64,000 bases of DNA from a virus (Duplodnaviria; Caudoviricetes), in the IMG/VR virus record IMGVR_UViG_3300020365_000010, positions 1 through 64,000 of that record. One strand, written 5' to 3'. Below, one piece after another: positions 58,901-64,000 of the stretch; position 1 is the first letter of the stretch; every line of letters begins with the position of its first letter. Under the pieces are notes generated by a model. The model saw nothing but the letters and a program-made list of their open reading frames with translations, was not told the DNA's origin and made no database searches. The translations under genes were made by a program, and so were the position numbers.

Positions 58901-60259
58901 GCATATTCAGGTGACTCTTATAACGCATATCCAACTCAGGCACCTAGTTACTCAGCCGATGATCAGGAAGTTGCAGTCTTCCATAGAAACCATGGTATGC
59001 ACCAACGCACTAACAATGTAGAAATTGAAGGTGTGACATCTGAAGTGCCTCCAACAACTCTGACTTCTTCTCTGTCAGCAGGCACTACTTCTATTCAGGT
59101 GCAGGATGGATCGCAATTCCATACCATCGTTGGTGGCACAAATATCGGCAACCTGAATCCTGGTTATCTCAAGATCAATGATGAGATCATCCAATACTCC
59201 AGTATCTCCACTAATGGTCAGGTGATTACTGTTGCAACTGGTGGTAGAGGTGCTGGTGGCACTGCTGATGTAACTCATGAATCTGGATCTGTTGTCGAAT
59301 GTTACAACCTTGATGGTATTCCTCTGACACAAATCAACAAAGTCCACGACAAGATTGAGTGTCCTTGGATCGACTCTTACATGATTAGCACCGACTTTGT
59401 TGCAACTAACGGTATCAGAGGTGGTGGCACAGGAGTGTTTGCTTCACAGAATGTCCAGTTTGAGTGTCTGACTCCTACCATCTCCACGATGGTGCTTCCA
59501 GAAACCGAGATTACTGCTCGTGTAAATACTACTACAGCAACGTCAGTTGGTGAAGGTGGTGGTGAAGGTGGATCTGCACCTCGCGACCAAGCATCCTTCA
59601 TTAACAATGGTCAATATCTTGACGTTGTGCTCAATGAGGAGAATCATTTCACCACTCCTCAGATGGTCGCATCTAAGATCAATGAGCAAAACAAACTGGA
59701 TGGTAACAAGTCACTGACAATGGCATTGCAGTTGACAACTGAGAAATCTTCTCTGTCTCCTTGTATTGACCTTGACAGACTGTCCTTGATTACTACAACT
59801 AACAGAGTCAACTGGTGGCCAGGTGGTCCTGCTCCTTATGGTCAGCAGTCCGCTATCGACCGCACACAGGATGTTTCCACTCTGCCTAACGGCGATCAAA
59901 ACGACGCTGTGTATATCACACGTCTCGCACGTCTGGGTAGTGAAGCAAGATCTCTGAAGGTTGACTTCCAGATCACACGTCACCCTGCTACTGAAGTCCG
60001 CGTTTACTATCGTGCATTCAAGGCAGGCGACACCGCTGATCCTAATACCCTTGGTTGGGAATTGGTTGGCGAACCTCTGACAACTCAGAATCAACAGTAT
60101 GACTCAACTCCTACAGATGAATATCTGTGGAAGGATTATGCATACGAGAAGAAGGGTCTTACCTTCAACGCATTCCAGTTGAAGATCGTCATGAGATCTA
60201 AGAATCAAGCGAGAGTCCCACTTATTGCTGATCTGAGAGCAATCGCTCTAGCTACTTAA
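52943..60259 (+). CDS. Large virion structural protein (DUF4815 / VrlC-like), 2438 aa
   Basis: NLNISPYFDDFD..FYRVLFRPGYPIQAREIT; LARRTYEESGDY; RLKNGYVVDDF; YDPLAQSF; GVLFKSQNASTW. Confidence 0.85.
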   Translation: MPQNTNLNISPYFDDFDKDKNFYRVLFRPGYPIQAREITTLQSILQNQIESIGQHFFKEGAMVIPGQVGYDLNVQAVILQQSFLGVDVETYRTQLQGQIIEGLTTGIKAKVLYSIPAAESERGYVTLYVKYIESGDTVSEASITTFQANEQLIAENEITFGTTLIEVGSPFGQLLPVESTSVASTAYINAGVYFIRGHFVDVPSMYLILEQYDNNPSYRVGLEVSESIVTPEDDPSLNDNAAGTSNYAAPGSHRFRIRTQLVKKPINDETDKNFIELLRINNSKVEQFVTATAYSELERSLARRTYEESGDYVVDTFTIKARECLDDGFNNGVYRPGETTAQGNIASDELITYEISPGRAYVRGYRTEFLVPQYIDAPKPRDYEGVQNGIISFRLGNFVKVYDVYGWPDLTGEGVTSAYQTLEMYDDWTLNSANTTTGRMIGRCRAVQIQKDTDTTYDLWIFDAQMFTAINFAAGNNSVTVGDVLKGRTSNARGFVADAGSGNWCQLEQVSGTFVNGEVIERDGRVIGTLEAAHTFNLTDTRSCYGRNSTNQITFGANWLLNDQAEIEASTVTIDSGNNQIEGFRTKFVQDLRPGDVVTATNSTSEGENSIRIERVDPQYIKTITGNAYTGASNVIFNDLDQTVRIDNSLAKGTVPNGEYGTLVRMRPFVFQKDYQNGELTIDTPRISMRSISDESFFVFRTFNNKTVVSGGVTVSLPESEQFASLDDENYMLTILGESGSAYSVGQNLNIDALNDAGTLTVTFGADRQSVTIDGLTGVNTVKLTALISKNIVSKKIKTAAKMRAMKVIRTRNNNDQQKYGLAYGNLYGTRIEDEEISFALNDVYKIHAVYESENDNDAEPPYLTLTESTFFDNGSVVVGRTSGARGRVIQFINSTLRLYVVQLNEVPFLPGETIDGVDDDNTPLTAIIDDAEGSVFKGSKVVTTQYELEPGQKAHFYDVCKMLRLPQYTPPIRKLLVIFDYFVHESSGDYFASQSYTGIGYKEIPKYKLDGSINFLKDQIDFRPGVGELASGAGTITNEFYVNCASLDFGARQFDTSGGSGGSTIFDIPKVATEIRMDYTYYLPRADKIFLTHENELRIARGVSSEDQPPPDNIQNAMLLAQLECRAYVYDVERDVLIYPEIIRRYTMKDIGDLETRLSHVEYYTSLSLLETQAENTKTYDDNGFDRLKNGYVVDDFTDHTIGDVLNVDYKCSMDFKEGHLRPAHYTTNVPLQLNAPSSSNVVRTTGNMVLLPYEDLAIVTQPYASRTENVNPFNVFTFIGRIDLTPASDDWVDIKRLPARVENVEGDFSAVARDLQIDQNGFAPIQWGGWRTNWTGESLVSTTQFRNRSGSFAAGGRRLGRLGHGQGRQPIFVHERRTWRVVNNQARQGIRTRVTPKIDRKSLGDSVLSQTAIPWIRSRNVSFNVDRMKPRTRIYAFFDGVNVTGYITPKVIELVKSSTADPRSNETPFVEGETVVGQNSGCRFKVAPANDAYKTDPYGVGEATLAESYASTTPFLNIDTQVLAETVNPNFFGNFQTGEVLIGQTSGARAVVKDRRLLTDNIGNFRGSFFIPNPGNDSNPRWATGTRTFRFTTSPTNSRANDEVTSSADTTYSATGTLRTVRENILAIRNAEIVRDTVNDARTVITTRTETRQIGWYDPLAQSFIVDEEGGVFLTGIDIFFKTKDANIPISMQIRTMENGYPTKDILPFSDTTIDPDQVELSDNAAVPTRFTFRSPVYIKQSTEYCFVLLSDSNEYNVWISRMGDIDVSGTRTISEQPYAGVLFKSQNASTWTADQYEDCKFTIYRAEFTASLGTAIFNNADLGKGNGGIHNLIENPILTIKPKQTLLLPAGQNYNFTIGARVLQSPSGASGTITEFDAVSDPERVTITDIDGQFSAGFLDANGVPFQGLASSQSVGTFVLSAIYNGTFEVGDTVTGSTSGSTGTVTSYDSGTNTLLLNYLSYEFDASDTLTNASGTSATITSIAYSGDSYNAYPTQAPSYSADDQEVAVFHRNHGMHQRTNNVEIEGVTSEVPPTTLTSSLSAGTTSIQVQDGSQFHTIVGGTNIGNLNPGYLKINDEIIQYSSISTNGQVITVATGGRGAGGTADVTHESGSVVECYNLDGIPLTQINKVHDKIECPWIDSYMISTDFVATNGIRGGGTGVFASQNVQFECLTPTISTMVLPETEITARVNTTTATSVGEGGGEGGSAPRDQASFINNGQYLDVVLNEENHFTTPQMVASKINEQNKLDGNKSLTMALQLTTEKSSLSPCIDLDRLSLITTTNRVNWWPGGPAPYGQQSAIDRTQDVSTLPNGDQNDAVYITRLARLGSEARSLKVDFQITRHPATEVRVYYRAFKAGDTADPNTLGWELVGEPLTTQNQQYDSTPTDEYLWKDYAYEKKGLTFNAFQLKIVMRSKNQARVPLIADLRAIALAT

Positions 60260-60311
60260 AGCTAGTTTGTTTCAACCCTTACATGGTTGATTATAATTAT
60301 TATTAGTTACT

Positions 60312-60581
60312 ATGTCAAGTCCAAATAAGAAGACTGATCACATCGAAACTTACCGCCCAGACCTTATCCCTGTTGAGGGTAAGGACGGGTGGTTTAGGGA
60401 TCCTGATTCAAATGCAATTGTCAACTGTAATAAAACGCAGTATGATGATTACATGGCTGCATATCGCAAACGCCAGAGGAAGGATGAGAAGTTTGAGGCT
60501 TTACAAAGCGATGTGGATGGTCTAAAATCTGACTTGTCAGAAATCAAATCGTTACTGAAATCATTAGTTAAAGGAGACTGA
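60312..60581 (+). CDS. Conserved hypothetical protein with C-terminal coiled coil
   Basis: VEGKDGWFRDPDSNAIVN..DDYMA..LSEIKSLLKSL. Confidence 0.78.
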   Translation: MSSPNKKTDHIETYRPDLIPVEGKDGWFRDPDSNAIVNCNKTQYDDYMAAYRKRQRKDEKFEALQSDVDGLKSDLSEIKSLLKSLVKGD

Positions 60582-60583
60582 AA

Positions 60584-60799
60584 ATGCCTGCTGACGTGAC
60601 CGAGACTGCTTCCCAAGAGGAGCTGCTTGAGCAATTCCAAACCCGTTATCAAAACCTGCTTCGTGAAAACCAAGATCTTTCTAAGAAGATCAAGGACAAC
60701 GAAGCGACTGCCCTGAAACTTCTTGGTGCTATTGAAACCCTTGAGTATCTTGCACCCAAAGATGAAGAGGCGGAAGAAGAAACTCCTGCTGCGGAGTAA
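60584..60799 (+). CDS. Small coiled-coil protein
   Basis: GGAG SD, 71 aa, LKLLGAIETLEYL. Confidence 0.75.
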   Translation: MPADVTETASQEELLEQFQTRYQNLLRENQDLSKKIKDNEATALKLLGAIETLEYLAPKDEEAEEETPAAE

Positions 60800-60808
60800 A
60801 GATGCAGC

Positions 60809-60829
60809 ACCCCCGCAAGGGGGTTTTTT
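60809..60829 (+). terminator. Rho-independent terminator
   Basis: ACCCCC-GCAA-GGGGGT (GNRA loop) followed by TTTTT. Confidence 0.88.
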
Positions 60830-60834
60830 AATGG

Positions 60835-60842
60835 CATAAATA
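60835..60842 (+). promoter_or_regulatory. T4-type late promoter
   Basis: CATAAATA right after the terminator, upstream of the tail fibre gene. Confidence 0.68.
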
Positions 60843-60884
60843 AACAAGAAAGACCTTTGTCTGTTGCTAGGATCCTTATAAACA

Positions 60885-63800
60885 ATGGCAAATAGAATCC
60901 AACTTAGACGTGACGGTGCTCAGCAGTGGGCAAACGTCAACCCTATCCTTGCTCAAGGCGAGCTTGGTATCGAAATTGATACCTCGCGTCTTAAGATCGG
61001 GGATGGTGTTACAGCGTGGAACTCTCTCAAGTATGAGAGACCGCTTGAAACAGAATCAAATACCGCTAACACCCTGGTTAAACGGGATGCTGACGGTAAC
61101 TTTGAAGCAGGTGCCATTACTGCTTCACTGATTGGTAACGCTGCAACTGCTACCCGTCTGGCAAACGCTCGCCAGATCCAACTGGGTGGTGACATGTCTG
61201 GTAGCGGCACGTTTGATGGATCCTCAAACCTGACCATTACTGCAGAATTGAATTATGTGGTGGCACTGCCCCACTACGATCCTACTGACCTAGACGCAAC
61301 AGGCACCTATACTCGTATTACGGTTGACTCCCGTGGTCGTATTGTTGACGCTGACTCTCCTTCATCCCTGTCAGCGTATGGCATTTCAGACGCACAACCT
61401 CTGGATAGTGATCTGACCTCCCTGGCAAGTATGACAGGTTTCGGTCTGATTTCTCGTCAGGCTGAAGGCACTCTGGTTAACCGCACCGTCACTGGTGGTA
61501 GTGGTCGTATCATCGTCCAGAATGGTAACGGTCAGTCTTCTAACCCATTTATTGACCTGGCAGATACCACGGTTGTGGTGGGTAAGTATAACCCCATTAC
61601 AGCACAAGACCCTCTGGTCGATCCTCTGGTCAGTGCTACAACTGGTGAAGAGACCGTCAATACAGTCAACCTTCAAGTTGACAGATATGGTCGTCTGGTC
61701 TACGCTAATACCTCACCTATCGCTACAGCAAGGGAGGGCGCGAAAGCTGGCACATCTTTCACCACTTACGATAACGCTACTGCGTATCCTAGATTCAGCA
61801 AGATTATTGCATCTAATGGCAGAGTATATCAGGCTGCTATTCGGGGGATCCCAGCAGGACTCGGCGAACCTTCACACAACACCCAGCAAGGCGATACAGA
61901 CGATCAGGGTGGATGGAGAGACCTGGGTACTGATGGAGTCGAGCAAAAGGGTGTTGCGAGTTTCGACCAGGAAGACTTTGACGTAGACGCAAACGGTCAC
62001 GTCACAATTAGTGAGAATGCAATTGAGAATTCTCAGATGCAATCTCATGGTCTGTTGATGTTTACTGACCAAAATGCAACAGAAACATTTGAGCTCGACC
62101 GCGAGCGCACGACTGATAATGCTTATCATGGCATTACCACCATTAACCACGTTAATGTTAATAACAGGACAGGGAGTAGCGTATTCCGTGTCACTGGTTA
62201 CGATACTGCTGAGTATCCTTTCCAGCCTGGCATTCTGGACCAGGGCAATCCCTATCCTTCTGTTAATGCTGACGACCCTAATGGTAACGGTGATGCAAAC
62301 TGGGGATCGATTTACACTGGTCTTATTGACATTAACCTCGATACTACCATTGCTGGTAACATTACTCTTGATGTTACAAAAACCAACCAGTTTATTAAGC
62401 GAACGTCGGGTAATGTAGATTTCCACCTCGAAGTAAACGAGGCGGCAGATCGCAACATGAATATCACCGCCAACAATGCTGATGCTGGCGGCACTGCAAA
62501 TATCAATATCACTGCTGACAATGAGATCACGATCTCCAGCACTGACGCTGCATACTTTGTTAACGTAGAGGACTATAGATTCCAATACAACGTTCTGAGC
62601 ACCCGTGACGCTACGATGGTGCTCGATCCAGGGGACGATGATGCAGCGACGGGTCTTGTGAGAGTCCGTGGTGACCTGCAGGTAGATGGCACCACAACCA
62701 CTGTAAACTCAGTGGTCATGACTGTCCAAGACCCGATCATCACCCTGGGTGGTGAGGATACTCTTACAGTTGATGACAATAAGGATCGCGGTATTGAGTT
62801 TAGATATTATGATACCCAAGAGAGATTCGGATTCTATGGTTGGGACGAAGATTACGCGGACGCTAACATTTGGTCTGGCACTGGCGGGTATCGCTTCCTC
62901 TACAACGCGACTAACTCAAGCGAAGTTTATTCTGGCACTGACGCTGCTGTCATTGCTGGTAACCTCCGACTGACCACCAATACAGATTCCACTTGGAAGA
63001 CACCCACAACAGGCACCCTGGTGGTGACTGGTGGTGCAGGTATCTCTGCCAACCTCAACGTTGGTGGCACTACCTACATCCAAGGTAATACTGAGATTGA
63101 CGGCACTGTTGACATCGATGCCAACTTCGCAGTCAGGACTGCTGGTCATGTAGACAAAGTTACCATCGAAAGTGCTACAGGTAACACTGTTATCGAAGGC
63201 ACCCTGGATGTCCAACTTGAGACAGAAATTACTGACAACCTGATTGTCCGTGCTGACAATAAAGAATTCCTGATCAAGAATGATGCAGGTGTAACTAAGT
63301 TTGTTGTTGACACTGACAATGGTAACAGCGTCATCAGTGGCACTGTTAATATCATTGGTGCAACTGACATCGACGATACCCTCAATGTAGATGGTAACGT
63401 CACTCTGAATGCTGACTTCGACCTGGATGGCACAGCAACCTTCCACGACACTATCCACATGGATACTGGTGCGAAGGAGTTTAAGATCTCTAACGGCGGT
63501 GCTCAGAAATTCCAAGTTTCGTCTACCAACGGTAACACTGACATCGAAGGTAGTTTGAATGTTGGTGGTTTCAATACCTTCGAGCGCACCAACAACATCG
63601 CAGTTGATGCGACCACCTCAGAATCTGACATTACCTTGGCAACCGATGGTGCTATCACCGTTGCTGGTGGTGTCAACATCGAGAAGGATGTAAGGATCGG
63701 TGGTGACCTCTACATGGACGACCGCATTGTCGTCAAGGATGCTGGCACTGCCCGCACCCGTCCTTCCCTGATGAATAACCTCGATGTCCTGTATCGTCAG

Positions 63801-64000
63801 GTCATCGGTGGCACTGCAGCACATAACGCAACCTTCGCTACTGATACAGGTGCAAACCTGAGAGTGACTGGTGGTGTTGGTATTGCACAAGATCTGCACG
63901 TTGGTGACGACTTCTACATCGGTAAACTCAACACTAACGATACGGTTGAATTCAGTGTCCTGGGTGAGTCTGGTTTCACAACCATCGGTCGTGTGGGTCA
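60885..64000 (+). CDS. Tail fibre protein (partial, runs off window; not in ORF track)
   Basis: MANRIQLRRDGAQQWANVNPILAQGELGIEIDTSRLKIGDG (Mtd_N/hyaluronidase N-terminal type); repeated L-x-V-x-GG-x-x-I..L-x-VG motifs; still in frame at 63960. Confidence 0.88.
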   Translation, partial: MANRIQLRRDGAQQWANVNPILAQGELGIEIDTSRLKIGDGVTAWNSLKYERPLETESNTANTLVKRDADGNFEAGAITASLIGNAATATRLANARQIQLGGDMSGSGTFDGSSNLTITAELNYVVALPHYDPTDLDATGTYTRITVDSRGRIVDADSPSSLSAYGISDAQPLDSDLTSLASMTGFGLISRQAEGTLVNRTVTGGSGRIIVQNGNGQSSNPFIDLADTTVVVGKYNPITAQDPLVDPLVSATTGEETVNTVNLQVDRYGRLVYANTSPIATAREGAKAGTSFTTYDNATAYPRFSKIIASNGRVYQAAIRGIPAGLGEPSHNTQQGDTDDQGGWRDLGTDGVEQKGVASFDQEDFDVDANGHVTISENAIENSQMQSHGLLMFTDQNATETFELDRERTTDNAYHGITTINHVNVNNRTGSSVFRVTGYDTAEYPFQPGILDQGNPYPSVNADDPNGNGDANWGSIYTGLIDINLDTTIAGNITLDVTKTNQFIKRTSGNVDFHLEVNEAADRNMNITANNADAGGTANINITADNEITISSTDAAYFVNVEDYRFQYNVLSTRDATMVLDPGDDDAATGLVRVRGDLQVDGTTTTVNSVVMTVQDPIITLGGEDTLTVDDNKDRGIEFRYYDTQERFGFYGWDEDYADANIWSGTGGYRFLYNATNSSEVYSGTDAAVIAGNLRLTTNTDSTWKTPTTGTLVVTGGAGISANLNVGGTTYIQGNTEIDGTVDIDANFAVRTAGHVDKVTIESATGNTVIEGTLDVQLETEITDNLIVRADNKEFLIKNDAGVTKFVVDTDNGNSVISGTVNIIGATDIDDTLNVDGNVTLNADFDLDGTATFHDTIHMDTGAKEFKISNGGAQKFQVSSTNGNTDIEGSLNVGGFNTFERTNNIAVDATTSESDITLATDGAITVAGGVNIEKDVRIGGDLYMDDRIVVKDAGTARTRPSLMNNLDVLYRQVIGGTAAHNATFATDTGANLRVTGGVGIAQDLHVGDDFYIGKLNTNDTVEFSVLGESGFTTIGRVG

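Noticed and set aside
60885-64000. Diversity-generating retroelement suggested by the Mtd_N-like domain
   Set aside because: No reverse transcriptase or template/variable repeat pair is seen in the window; this anchor domain is common in ordinary fibres.
1-64000. tRNA, rRNA or photosynthesis genes (psbA, hli, cpeT, pebS)
   Set aside because: No cloverleaf/T-loop signatures or matching motifs were seen. Any link between the bilin-like repeats and phage bilin enzymes depends on genes outside this window.
1-64000. Alternative genetic code
   Set aside because: Genes of recognisable families are full length with standard stops, and TAA, TAG and TGA all occur at gene ends.

Overview
This 64 kb window comes from a T4-like marine cyanophage (Synechococcus/Prochlorococcus myovirus), and every credible gene is on the + strand. 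(1) 1-7.3 kb: an enzyme island with a flavin-dependent halogenase, the tail of a probable second one, and six 2OG-Fe(II)/JmjC oxygenases. (2) 7.3-15.4 kb: an early accessory region cut into modules by six copies of a ~55-85 bp operator/stem-loop/promoter cassette. It carries a PD-(D/E)xK nuclease-like gene paired with an SPPY methyltransferase, an SF2 helicase, two more oxygenases and many small ORFs. (3) 15.4-17.9 kb: a DnaA-box cluster with an AT-rich tract, an HNH endonuclease, NlpC/P60 and an AbrB-like protein. (4) 17.9-64 kb: the late baseplate/tail cluster (PAAR, gp25, gp6, a 6845-aa gp7, YHYH protein, gp9-like fibre, gp8, a DUF4815-type protein, and a tail fibre running off the end). 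The most striking observation is an array of about seven phycobiliprotein-like (globin-fold) repeats inside gp7. Several keep the bilin-attachment C-x-R-D motif and a beta155-type cysteine helix, which suggests a possibly chromophore-bearing virion. The window also avoids CCGG, GGCC and GTAC. All family calls come from motifs read by eye and reference sequences recalled from memory; no searches were run.
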